A stretch of 28,962 nucleotides of DNA from a virus (taxonomy: Duplodnaviria > Caudoviricetes): positions 1 through 28,962 of IMG/VR virus record IMGVR_UViG_3300044724_004398; one strand, 5' to 3'. This document shows positions 19,187 through 27,657 of this stretch, piece after piece; position 1 is the first letter of the stretch; each line of letters opens with the position of its first letter. The position numbers were made by a program, and so were the translations under genes. The notes under the pieces were generated by a model. That model saw only the letters and a list, made by a program, of their open reading frames with translations, was not told the DNA's origin and made no database searches.

Positions 19187-19259
19187 ACCACCAGCAGGTC
19201 GTCGGAAGATTGGTTCTAATAAAAGGAAAAACCGTAACAAAAGGAAGAACAAAAAATGA
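19164..19259 (+). CDS. 31-aa highly basic peptide, below the ORF-track cut-off
   Basis: MPWPRKNRPPAGRRKIGSNKRKNRNKRKNKK; SD AAGGA; ATGA overlap with the next gene. Confidence 0.65.
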   Translation: MPWPRKNRPPAGRRKIGSNKRKNRNKRKNKK

Positions 19260-19591
19260 GGTTTACATTAATTTGTGATGATCGTGATTATGATGAAGAA
19301 GACGATTTTGGTTTGGTTCCACTACAAAGAACATTTGATTTTGAAGCAGGTGATCTGAAATCACTTGCAAGTGGTCTCGCAGAAGCTGTTCGTGGTTGTG
19401 GGTTCAATTATGTTGATAAAGTAGTCTTTGTTAAAGACAATGGTATTGAAATTTCTTCCGACGATATTGTAGATGATGGCATTATAGATGTTGAAGACTT
19501 ACTCAAATCATTTACTCCAGAAAAAAAAGTTACAAAGTTTAGGGTGATAGACAATGGGAAAGAAGAAACAAAGGACAAGCCAGATAAGTAA
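19256..19591 (+). CDS. Acidic hypothetical protein
   Basis: 111-aa ORF in a coupled gene run. Confidence 0.7.
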   Translation: MRFTLICDDRDYDEEDDFGLVPLQRTFDFEAGDLKSLASGLAEAVRGCGFNYVDKVVFVKDNGIEISSDDIVDDGIIDVEDLLKSFTPEKKVTKFRVIDNGKEETKDKPDK

Positions 19592-19856
19592 AGGGGAGCG
19601 CCGTACCGTGAGCAAACAACTTACCAAAGCAGCTCGTAGAGAATACAAGCAAGATCTTTCAAAAGTTCATGCAAATAAAATGAAAGCATTCTTTGCAGGA
19701 AAGGATGCGTACGTAACAGTTCCTAATCCTAATACTAAAGAAACCAACAAACGATTTATCAAAGTCAGAGTTCAAGATGAATGGTTCAAAGGTTCAGATT
19801 TCAAATCAGTATTGGCTGGACCTAGAAAAAGAAAGGCATCATCTGATGACGAGTAG
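19554..19856 (+). CDS. Basic hypothetical protein
   Basis: MGKKKQR...VPNPNTKETNKRFIKV; K/R-rich. Confidence 0.75.
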   Translation: MGKKKQRTSQISKGERRTVSKQLTKAARREYKQDLSKVHANKMKAFFAGKDAYVTVPNPNTKETNKRFIKVRVQDEWFKGSDFKSVLAGPRKRKASSDDE

Positions 19857-20282
19857 ATGAAAAAAGACCCATTCGACAAAATAGATAAGTTTGGAATGCA
19901 GTTGTTATTTGCATTCTGTTTTGGTGTGTTTATTATTTTAGCAGCTCGAGCAATGGCTGAACCTGAATGGGTTCATAAACCTGTACAATGTGCCACTATA
20001 GAGGAAGTTACAAAACATTATGAACTTGGCGCCAGACTTAAACCACTCTTTGTTGGAGTTTCTGTGGTAAGATCTCAACAAGGCAGAGTTCCAATGCCAG
20101 TTGCGTTCTTTCTTGATCAAGATTCTGGCAACTGGTTATTTTTAGAATTTGGATTTGATGGTCAACAAGAGGGATGTGTTATCAGTTTAGGTGATGGCTG
20201 GGATCCTAATGTTGATGAATATGATATTGTACCTAATGGAGAACTGAGTGACAAAACTGAACATAACAAACAGGAAAGTTGA
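19857..20282 (+). CDS. Hypothetical exported or membrane-anchored protein
   Basis: Hydrophobic segment ending in AMA, then KPVQC...CVIS. Confidence 0.7.
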   Translation: MKKDPFDKIDKFGMQLLFAFCFGVFIILAARAMAEPEWVHKPVQCATIEEVTKHYELGARLKPLFVGVSVVRSQQGRVPMPVAFFLDQDSGNWLFLEFGFDGQQEGCVISLGDGWDPNVDEYDIVPNGELSDKTEHNKQES

Positions 20283-21252
20283 AGACAAACCAGGCTTTCC
20301 TCTGTCTAAGAATAAGACAGACTGGGGTACTGACGAATTAGCTAAGAACGCTAAAGGTGGTACCGAGATGATGAAAGAGCAGCTATTCAACAGGCTGCCT
20401 GATGATCTAAGAGATTACTTCCAAGTTATTTGTTCTCGAGTAAGAGACTTACAAGATAAACCAAGAATTCTTTGGTTGCATGATCTATGGGCTGATCCTG
20501 AAGCTGCTCATCTCAAAGATCCAGAAAGCCGAGAAAGGTTTGATAAACTTGTATTCGTTTCTAACTGGCAGTTACAAACTTATCAGATGGCACATAACAT
20601 TCGATACAGCGAATCGGCTGTTATGCGTAATGCTATTGATCCTATTCCAGATCATACTAAGCCAACTGACTGTGTAAACCTAATCTACCATACTACACCT
20701 CATAGAGGTCTTGGTCTTCTCGTTCCAGCATATGAAGCATTGGCAGAAGAGTTTGATAATATTCACTTAGATGTGTATAGCTCTTTTAATGTGTATGGAT
20801 GGCCTGAGAGAGATAAAGAGTATGAATCGTTGTTTGATATATGTCGTAATCATCCTAAGATTACGTATCACGGCGCTCAACCTAACTCAGTGGTAAGAGA
20901 AGCCCTTCAGAAAGCACACATCTTTGCTTATCCGTCTATCTGGCAAGAAACATCATGTATTGCAGCTATCGAGGCTATGAGTGCAAAGTGTGCAGTTGTA
21001 TGTCCTAACTTAGCAGCTTTGCCAGAGACTACTTCTAACTTTGCAGCAATGTATCAGTTTGATGAAGATCACCAGACGCATGCAAATAGATTCTACGCAG
21101 TATTGAGATCTGTTATTGAAAATGTTACAACAGAGAACTCAATCAGAAAGTTGGAGTTCCAAAAGAATTATACAGACGTATATTATAATTGGGACTTCAG
21201 AGCAGAAGAATGGAAAGGCTTGTTGTATTCAATCATGGAGGCAAACAAATGA
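20248..21252 (+). CDS. GT-B glycosyltransferase (GT4/group 1)
   Basis: GGTE, LWLHD, VFVSNWQ, YHTTPHRGL, AYPSIWQETSCIAAIEAM. Confidence 0.9.
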   Translation: MTKLNITNRKVEDKPGFPLSKNKTDWGTDELAKNAKGGTEMMKEQLFNRLPDDLRDYFQVICSRVRDLQDKPRILWLHDLWADPEAAHLKDPESRERFDKLVFVSNWQLQTYQMAHNIRYSESAVMRNAIDPIPDHTKPTDCVNLIYHTTPHRGLGLLVPAYEALAEEFDNIHLDVYSSFNVYGWPERDKEYESLFDICRNHPKITYHGAQPNSVVREALQKAHIFAYPSIWQETSCIAAIEAMSAKCAVVCPNLAALPETTSNFAAMYQFDEDHQTHANRFYAVLRSVIENVTTENSIRKLEFQKNYTDVYYNWDFRAEEWKGLLYSIMEANK

Positions 21253-21560
21253 GTCAAGTAGCTATAAAAGAACGTGGCTGGTTATATCACAACGAGACCG
21301 ACAGCAGCAGAGAAGAAATGGGTTACAGAATCAAAACCCATATTAATAGAATGACAGATGAAGAGTTGGTTGATACTCTTGCTGACATGCTTAACACAAG
21401 TAATAGGTTTCAAAGAACACTTGCACTCACAAAAGAACAGTGGAGAGATTTAGAATCCATCCACTCTAATATTCTTAATTTGATGGGTGACTACATGAAT
21501 GTTAAACAGCAACCTTCGTTTCAAGAAGATCCTCAAAGTCAGCGTAGTACAAACCTCTAA
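21249..21560 (+). CDS. Hypothetical protein
   Basis: ATGA overlap with the GT4 stop; SD GGAGG. Confidence 0.65.
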   Translation: MSQVAIKERGWLYHNETDSSREEMGYRIKTHINRMTDEELVDTLADMLNTSNRFQRTLALTKEQWRDLESIHSNILNLMGDYMNVKQQPSFQEDPQSQRSTNL

Positions 21561-22116
21561 CATTAGTTGCATCAACCGGGTGTATATCTTTTGTAGTATG
21601 TGGAAACACAAAATAAAAGTCTACACTCGGATTGTTTCTAGCAAAATATCCCAAATAACCAGTACGATTAACTGAGTCTGTGTATGATGCATGAGTCTCT
21701 GGTCCATATGCATTTGTACCTTCATACACATTGGATGTTGACTGTTCAGCATCTGCAATCAAGAAATCAAAACCAAGACAGTATAAAGTATTACAACCTT
21801 TGCGGATTGCTTCCTGCATAGCATTCATACCAGCATTGCTTCTTGGTTGCATAGGATTATATTCTGCTGGCTCGTACTGTTCATGTTCTGGTGGAATAAT
21901 AAATCTATCTTTTGGATAATCACTTTTGTTAATCTCATTGATGATCTTTTCATCAATAGCTACAAGATAGTCTGGTAGAGACCAATCCTTATACCAGTCT
22001 CTATATAAAGCATTACAACCTATAACAAGTCCTTTACCAAACGTAGTTCTCAAACGAGAAAGATCAAACTGTTGTCTTGATCTTCCGTTGCCAATAATAT
22101 AACCTATGTCACTCAT
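21502..22116 (-). CDS. DUF115/MptE-like (GT-D/sialyltransferase-related fold) protein
   Basis: IIGNGRSR, IGCNALYRD, LVAID, SNAG...LYCLGFD. Confidence 0.65.
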   Translation of the reverse strand: MSDIGYIIGNGRSRQQFDLSRLRTTFGKGLVIGCNALYRDWYKDWSLPDYLVAIDEKIINEINKSDYPKDRFIIPPEHEQYEPAEYNPMQPRSNAGMNAMQEAIRKGCNTLYCLGFDFLIADAEQSTSNVYEGTNAYGPETHASYTDSVNRTGYLGYFARNNPSVDFYFVFPHTTKDIHPVDATNVRGLYYADFEDLLETKVAV

Positions 22117-22276
22117 AGAAGTTTCCTTTTAGTATTGAATAGTCCATGACATTTCGCTTTGAGTACTTTTTCCTACTTTTGCGAGTTGAGAAAGTAAGTG
22201 TTTTCGTTTTTTGTTGTTTAGAGGGTTTGTAACTATCTTCATAATCAGATTTGCTTTTCTTGTAAGTACGACCCAT
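22109..22276 (-). CDS. 55-aa basic hypothetical protein, below the ORF-track cut-off
   Basis: MGRTYKKSKSDYEDSYKPSKQQKTKTLTFSTRKSRKKYSKRNVMDYSILKGNFYE; AGGAGG upstream; fills the gap. Confidence 0.6.
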   Translation of the reverse strand: MGRTYKKSKSDYEDSYKPSKQQKTKTLTFSTRKSRKKYSKRNVMDYSILKGNFYE

Positions 22277-22299
22277 TTTCTTCTAAGATCCTCCTTTGC

Positions 22300-22719
22300 T
22301 CACCATCCCTGGCTGATGCCAGGGAATGCCTCCTTCATCAATTCCTTGCTTAAATTTTTATATGGCATCTTTCCATCTTTGATTGAACATAACATCTCAG
22401 CATCATCACAATCAATTGATTCTAACAACTGTACAAACTGTGTCTCTCTTTTAAGAGGACTTAAATCTCTATACTGAGGATTCTCTACAAAGATGGCCAT
22501 CTTTCTCATCTCTGCTTTTAATACACTTTGTGCATCTGATGCTTTAGGTAGTGCTCTGTATGGAGGCTTTCCTGGTGGTAGTCTCCACTGCACTCTTGGA
22601 TCATAACACAATCCAATAATCTCTTTTAACATCTTTGTACTGTTTTTCTGCAGATGAATAATTTGTTTATTTTTGTCTTTTATTTTACTAGCTGCATGTA
22701 AGACTTCAGCTAATCCCAT
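22300..22719 (-). CDS. Conserved T4-like phage hypothetical protein (DUF6433-like)
   Basis: LPPGKPPY, KRETQFVQLLESI, KEAFPG; directly follows rnh. Confidence 0.7.
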   Translation of the reverse strand: MGLAEVLHAASKIKDKNKQIIHLQKNSTKMLKEIIGLCYDPRVQWRLPPGKPPYRALPKASDAQSVLKAEMRKMAIFVENPQYRDLSPLKRETQFVQLLESIDCDDAEMLCSIKDGKMPYKNLSKELMKEAFPGISQGW

Positions 22720-22720
22720 A

Positions 22721-23587
22721 CTAGAATTCATTAATATGCTCCATGAGGTTCTTTAATTTGTTTTTGATAAAATAATTTAGTAGATCACCATTAGGAATTT
22801 CATACTCCTCAAACTCTTTTATGATATTATCTTGAAGTTCATTTGGAATGAAATCAAGATCAACCAACGTCTGATTACGTTTGTATCCCCTCATCATCTT
22901 TTCTGAGCAAAAGTCTTCTGGTGCTTGGATAGCCCACTCTTGCAGCTTAACATTCTTCAACGGACGCTGACGCTGATTGTTGATGAATGTATCATCAGGT
23001 GACAAGAAGTTTGGAATACCATCTCCTCTATCACCTTTTAGAATATGTTCTTTTGTATATCGTTCTGGATTGTTAACACGAACGAATTGCTTTTGGATAG
23101 GACTGTACTGTTCTACATTAGCATACTTCTGTAACTGACAAAAGTCTTTATCAGAAGAAAGAATCAAGATAGGTTCTGCTGTTCCATTTACAATACCAAG
23201 ATGTCCATGTTTGTGACATAGAGTACCAATAATGTCATCAGCCTCTGCACCTTCTACTTGGATCACTTTCCACTTGAAGTTATCTTTGAGTTCTTGCTTA
23301 ACAGTATTCAGAGTATCAAAGATCATGTGCCAGTCAAGATCACTTGCTGCACGATCCTTCTTTCTGTTTGCTTTATAGTATGGGAAAAAGTCTCTACGCC
23401 AATACTTCCTGTCATCACAACAGATAACAAGATCGCCATATTCACTAGAGAACTTGCTCTTGAATAATCTTAAACTATTCAGGACCAGATGTCTTACTAG
23501 CCCCTCTTCCACTTCAGATTTTTTTGATACTGCAATCTGTTTCATTAGATTGCTCAAAATCACCTGGTTCAAATCAACCAATATCAT
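22721..23587 (-). CDS. rnh: T4-type RNase H (5'-3' exonuclease)
   Basis: MILVDLNQ, YWRRDFFPYYKANRK, AEADDIIG, SSDKDF, KGDRGDGIPN. Confidence 0.95.
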   Translation of the reverse strand: MILVDLNQVILSNLMKQIAVSKKSEVEEGLVRHLVLNSLRLFKSKFSSEYGDLVICCDDRKYWRRDFFPYYKANRKKDRAASDLDWHMIFDTLNTVKQELKDNFKWKVIQVEGAEADDIIGTLCHKHGHLGIVNGTAEPILILSSDKDFCQLQKYANVEQYSPIQKQFVRVNNPERYTKEHILKGDRGDGIPNFLSPDDTFINNQRQRPLKNVKLQEWAIQAPEDFCSEKMMRGYKRNQTLVDLDFIPNELQDNIIKEFEEYEIPNGDLLNYFIKNKLKNLMEHINEF

Positions 23588-23589
23588 TT

Positions 23590-23943
23590 TTAATATAGTT
23601 CTGTTGGATCCTCGTCGTCTTCGTATTCTACTTCAAGGTCCCCATCACTCTCCATCTGATTAATAACATCATCCATTAGTTCTTGAAACGGATGTTCAAC
23701 ACCTATACTACGATACAACCCACTGCGTAAAGATTCAACAGAAAAAGCAAAGTCTCTCAAAAATTTTTCATTCTCTAAGTTGAATCCGTGCATTGCAAAC
23801 TTTGTAGCTAACTGACTACTGTAATGATCAACTACTCCATTTACAAACCGTTTCTTATTCTTGTTAAAGTGGGCGCGCAGCTCCTCATTACTTTGAGGAA
23901 GCGCTGCGTTGTTTCTTTTTGGAAATTGAACTACGTTTCCCAT
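23590..23943 (-). CDS. Hypothetical protein
   Basis: Likely start MGNVVQFPK at 23943; acidic tail. Confidence 0.7.
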   Translation of the reverse strand: MGNVVQFPKRNNAALPQSNEELRAHFNKNKKRFVNGVVDHYSSQLATKFAMHGFNLENEKFLRDFAFSVESLRSGLYRSIGVEHPFQELMDDVINQMESDGDLEVEYEDDEDPTELY

Positions 23944-24526
23944 TGGATGCCCTTGTTGTTTTCTTTCGTTTATATTTAGCTTTTCGTTCTGGCAATTCCG
24001 TACCATAATAGTCATCATGCATCTCCTGGGTCCACACACCAACATCTGGATATGTAACACCTACATCACGTTTAGGCATACCCTTGAAAGGTCCTTCGAA
24101 GTGGTAAGCCATAGCCACACACTTCAACTTTACTTTCTGACCTTGCTCTTTACCATAGTGGGTATCAATCCAGTCACCAGTACGGATGTAGTGTTCCATA
24201 TGACGAACGTAGCCTTCAAGAACAGAAACCTTAGCCTGAGCACCTTTGACATTAGCACGAAGACCACGACGTTCTTCTGTAAGAAGTTCTTTGTTGTGTT
24301 TGATCCACTCACGAACATTCTTTAGAGAAAACATGTCATTGTCATCTTTAGCAACAACAGATGGATGTACATTCTTAGGTGCACCACCAGTCTTCTTCTT
24401 AGCAGCACGAGCCTTTGCTAGACGTTCAGCAGCAGCCTTCTTCTGAGCTGCTGTCATTGGTTTACGAGGCTTGCGACGCTTCGGCTGGTTTGCAAGTTGT
24501 TCCATTCGTATCACTTTTCTATTCAT
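23888..24526 (-). CDS. Basic hypothetical protein
   Basis: 212-aa ORF with an Ala/Lys-rich N-terminus and strongly biased codons (CGT, GCT). Confidence 0.75.
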   Translation of the reverse strand: MNRKVIRMEQLANQPKRRKPRKPMTAAQKKAAAERLAKARAAKKKTGGAPKNVHPSVVAKDDNDMFSLKNVREWIKHNKELLTEERRGLRANVKGAQAKVSVLEGYVRHMEHYIRTGDWIDTHYGKEQGQKVKLKCVAMAYHFEGPFKGMPKRDVGVTYPDVGVWTQEMHDDYYGTELPERKAKYKRKKTTRASNGKRSSISKKKQRSASSK

Positions 24527-24744
24527 AAATTACTCCATTCAAAGTTCTGATCGTTCTTCAATTGAACCCAACGTCCATCAAACACTCTATTGTGTTTGGG
24601 ACCTTCAGTCTTACGTTCACTACGAAGTAACATTTTGTCACCTCTCACTTCTTGTACAAACCATATATCACCATGTTGGTTAATACGATTCTTACCATGT
24701 CGTGTCTTACCGACTAGTTTAATTCGTGATCTTGCCATGTCCAT
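24523..24744 (-). CDS. Hypothetical protein
   Basis: 73-aa ORF overlapping both neighbours. Confidence 0.7.
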   Translation of the reverse strand: MDMARSRIKLVGKTRHGKNRINQHGDIWFVQEVRGDKMLLRSERKTEGPKHNRVFDGRWVQLKNDQNFEWSNL

Positions 24745-24914
24745 TTTGAAACCTTATCAACAGATGAATTGTTAGCAAATATTAGAGTATCGTTATCCCA
24801 ATCTATATCGCCATGTGAACGCCAATCGTGCCACTTATGGACAAAATCTATTTTCCATATCCTAGAGGCAGATTGTAATTGTTCATCAGTCATTGCAAAA
24901 ACATGTACAGCCAT
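24714..24914 (-). CDS. Hypothetical early protein
   Basis: SD AAGGAG; first gene after the leftward promoter. Confidence 0.75.
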   Translation of the reverse strand: MAVHVFAMTDEQLQSASRIWKIDFVHKWHDWRSHGDIDWDNDTLIFANNSSVDKVSKWTWQDHELN

Positions 24915-24937
24915 AATGATTCTCCTTCATTATTATC

Positions 24938-24966
24938 ATTATCAGACATTTTTATTTTTATGTCAA
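24938..24966 (-). promoter_or_regulatory. Leftward sigma70-type promoter
   Basis: TTGACA, 17 nt, GATAAT on the minus strand. Confidence 0.8.
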
Positions 24967-24980
24967 CAACTTTTTTTTGG

Positions 24981-25009
24981 TTGACTTTTTATTTGAGATG
25001 TCAGAAAAT
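24981..25009 (+). promoter_or_regulatory. Rightward sigma70-type promoter
   Basis: TTGACT, 17 nt, GAAAAT; T-tract upstream; SD GAGGAG downstream. Confidence 0.7.
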
Positions 25010-25032
25010 GAATATAGTGAGAGGAGAAACCT

Positions 25033-25326
25033 ATGTCTGTATATCCAAATGTAAATGAGTTGAATCCTAATCAATTGGTATCATATTTTATGACGTCATC
25101 ATATTTGTACTATAAGAAGGATAAGGCTGTCTTGTCTGACACGGATTATGATTTGTTGTGTAAGCGTTTGCTTGAGAATTGGAGACAAGCAAAGCATGAA
25201 CACAAGAAGTACATCAAGAAGAAAGATCTTGAAGCTGGAACTGGATATGCAATTAGGTTGTATCCTCAAAGAGTGATTGGTGCTGCTGAGTATTGGTTTG
25301 CACAATGGGAGAAAGAGAATGGCTAG
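25033..25326 (+). CDS. Stand-alone NAD+-dependent DNA ligase domain Ia-like protein
   Basis: SYLYYKKDKAVLSDTDYDLLCKRL matches the LigA Ia pattern YY..D.P.isD.eYD.L. Confidence 0.7.
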   Translation: MSVYPNVNELNPNQLVSYFMTSSYLYYKKDKAVLSDTDYDLLCKRLLENWRQAKHEHKKYIKKKDLEAGTGYAIRLYPQRVIGAAEYWFAQWEKENG

Positions 25327-25543
25327 ACTTAACTTCAACAAAGTTTGGAAGTCAGATGTTATTAACACTAAAGGTAACTTTATGGTTGGTACTATATGGC
25401 CCATTACATCTTCTCGCACAGGTGAAGTGTATGACATTACAATGCATGACAAAGGCTTCGATTGTACTTGTCCTGCTTTTAAAGGTAAATGTAAGCACAT
25501 TAAATATGTTGAGAAGAGGATTTGCGAAGCTGCAGATCTATAA
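25319..25543 (+). CDS. SWIM zinc-finger protein
   Basis: YDIT...FDCTCPAFKGKCKHI. Confidence 0.8.
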   Translation: MARLNFNKVWKSDVINTKGNFMVGTIWPITSSRTGEVYDITMHDKGFDCTCPAFKGKCKHIKYVEKRICEAADL

Positions 25544-25546
25544 ATA
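25539..25546 (+). promoter_or_regulatory. T4 late promoter TATAAATA
   Basis: Exact consensus 24 nt upstream of ATG 25570. Confidence 0.65.
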
Positions 25547-25569
25547 AAATTATATAACAAAGGTGATGT

Positions 25570-25890
25570 ATGCCAATTTACACATTTGAAAATACCGATA
25601 CAGGTGAGCGGTTTGACGATATGATGTCAAACGCATCCCGTGAAACCTACCTAGAAAAAAACCCACATATCAGACAGGTCTTAACCAACATGACTATGGT
25701 TGCTGGTGTCTCTGGTGTCTCTTATCGCAACGATCAGGGATTCAAGGAGAACATGCAACGTATTGCAGAAGCACATCCTAACTCTGCACATGGCCAAAAG
25801 TATGATGGAGACAAATCTATCAAAGGTGTCAGAACTCGTCAAGCAATCGAGAAATGGAGGAGAAAGAGATCGTCTGATCCAAACCGATAA
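25570..25890 (+). CDS. FmdB-like small protein of T4-like phages (lacks Cys)
   Basis: MPIYTFENTDTGE...YLEKNPH; SD AAGG. Confidence 0.65.
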   Translation: MPIYTFENTDTGERFDDMMSNASRETYLEKNPHIRQVLTNMTMVAGVSGVSYRNDQGFKENMQRIAEAHPNSAHGQKYDGDKSIKGVRTRQAIEKWRRKRSSDPNR

Positions 25891-25899
25891 GGATGTTAA

Positions 25900-26664
25900 A
25901 TGGACTCTTTAGTTTATCAAGTCTCAGAGCAAGATTTCCAATATAAAGGTTCAACCAAAAGACAGAGGAGAAAGATCCGCAAAACTATAAAGAATAAACA
26001 AACAAACTTTATGATCAACTACATTGAAGCCATCACTGATAACCAAGAGGTTGCATTTGATAGTTTTTATAGCGGACAAAATATGTTACTCCATGGAGTA
26101 GCAGGGACTGGTAAAACATTTATATCTTTATACCTAGCACTCAAAGATGTGCTAACACAATCCGAAGGAAAAGAAAAAGTAACTATAGTGAGAAGTGTTG
26201 TTCCTACAAGGGACATGGGCTTCTTGCCAGGTAATGCTAAAGAGAAGGCAAAGATCTATGAATCACCATACTACGCCATCTGCACCGAGCTCTTTGGCCG
26301 TGGAGATGCATATGATGTACTTAAAGCTAAGAACATGGTTGAGTTTATCAGCACATCCTATGTTCGGGGAATTACTCTTAGTAACAGTATTGTTATTGTC
26401 GATGAATGTCAGAACTTGACTTTTCATGAATTAGATAGTATAATTACAAGACTTGGAGATAACTGTAAGCTGATCTTCTGTGGAGACTTTAGACAAACTG
26501 ATCTCTGGCGCGAGCATGAGAAACAAGGTTTGAAGGACTTCATGAAGGTCTTATCTAAAATGCGCAGCTTTGACTGCATTGAATTTGAAGAAGAGGATAT
26601 TGTTAGAAGTGCACTTGTAAAAGAGTACATTCTTTCTAAATTAGAACATGGAATTTCAACATAG
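25900..26664 (+). CDS. phoH: PhoH-family ATPase
   Basis: GVAGTGKT, MGFLPG, YVRGITL, IVDECQN, TRLG...GDFRQTD, DIVRS. Confidence 0.95.
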   Translation: MDSLVYQVSEQDFQYKGSTKRQRRKIRKTIKNKQTNFMINYIEAITDNQEVAFDSFYSGQNMLLHGVAGTGKTFISLYLALKDVLTQSEGKEKVTIVRSVVPTRDMGFLPGNAKEKAKIYESPYYAICTELFGRGDAYDVLKAKNMVEFISTSYVRGITLSNSIVIVDECQNLTFHELDSIITRLGDNCKLIFCGDFRQTDLWREHEKQGLKDFMKVLSKMRSFDCIEFEEEDIVRSALVKEYILSKLEHGIST

Positions 26665-27313
26665 CGACATATATAAGTTTGATAATCTTAAAACAAAAAA
26701 CATTGATGGCAAACGTCATTACGTAACACCAGAAGGGAGTTATCCAAGTGTCACAACAGTCTTATCTTGGTTCGAGAAAGAAGCGATACAAGAGTGGCGA
26801 AAGCGAGTGGGAGAAGAAGAAGCGAATCGAGTTTCAGTACGCGCTGCTCGACGCGGGACACAGATTCACTATATGGCAGAAGACTATTTGTCAAACAATC
26901 CAGACTACGCAAAGAAGCGAATGCCAGCTGATATCGAAACATTTAACACGATCAGAGGAATTCTGGACGAGAGCGTCGGAACGGTTTATGGATTGGAAAT
27001 CCCGTTGTGGTCATCAGAACTCAGACTTGCAGGAAGATGTGACTGTGTAGCAGAATGGAATAATAAACCATCTATCATAGACTTTAAAACGTCTAGGAAA
27101 TTCAAAAAGAAGGAATGGATTACAAAATACTTCGAACAGTTATCTTGTTACTCTAAGATGTTCGAAGAGAGAACCGGTGAGTGTTTAAATCAGATTGTAG
27201 TCGTTATGACTGTTGACGATAATAAACCATTGGTGTATATTGAAGACCGTGATAACTATTTGGAATCAGCAATAGAGAAAGTACGTCGTTATGAAGAGAT
27301 ACATGCACAGTAA
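26648..27313 (+). CDS. PD-(D/E)XK (RecB/Cas4-like) exonuclease
   Basis: YPSVTTVL, RGTQIH, LAGRCDC, IIDFKTS, YFEQLSCY. Confidence 0.9.
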   Translation: MEFQHSDIYKFDNLKTKNIDGKRHYVTPEGSYPSVTTVLSWFEKEAIQEWRKRVGEEEANRVSVRAARRGTQIHYMAEDYLSNNPDYAKKRMPADIETFNTIRGILDESVGTVYGLEIPLWSSELRLAGRCDCVAEWNNKPSIIDFKTSRKFKKKEWITKYFEQLSCYSKMFEERTGECLNQIVVVMTVDDNKPLVYIEDRDNYLESAIEKVRRYEEIHAQ

Positions 27314-27494
27314 TGTAAAACATCAATATGAGATTACAAGAGATACAGGTCCATGGAGTACTAAGTGGATTTGCAGAGAGTTGAAGATAGATGGATACGG
27401 TTCGTCATTGACTTTGGATAGTGATCAACTTTTTAACTTCGAAGGAGCATTGATCAAAAATGGATGGAAAGATGTACTGGCGACAAAAGCATAA
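27303..27494 (+). CDS. Hypothetical protein (start could be 27291)
   Basis: Small ORF overlapping both neighbours. Confidence 0.55.
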   Translation: MHSNVKHQYEITRDTGPWSTKWICRELKIDGYGSSLTLDSDQLFNFEGALIKNGWKDVLATKA

Positions 27495-27657
27495 AGAGCT
27501 TTCAGAAACAGTCAATAGATTAGAAAATGAACGAAAGCATGATCGTTCATTTGAACATAAAGTTAAACTTGCAGAGGCAAAAAAACTTAAATTAAAAGCA
27601 AAAGAATTATCTTACGATCCAGATATCCATGGAGGAGGAGTAGAGCATTTTGGATGA
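27460..27657 (+). CDS. Small coiled-coil protein (YdcH/DUF465-like)
   Basis: HKELSETVNRLE...KKLKLKAKE pattern. Confidence 0.55.
   Translation: MDGKMYWRQKHKELSETVNRLENERKHDRSFEHKVKLAEAKKLKLKAKELSYDPDIHGGGVEHFG

Noticed and set aside
23973-23979. CTAAATA on the minus strand upstream of 23943 and rnh
   Set aside because: Only a partial late-promoter match inside a CDS; insufficient support.
26648-27313. Cas4-like nuclease suggesting a CRISPR system
   Set aside because: No repeat-spacer array or other cas genes seen; this exonuclease is a usual phoH neighbour in T4-like phages.
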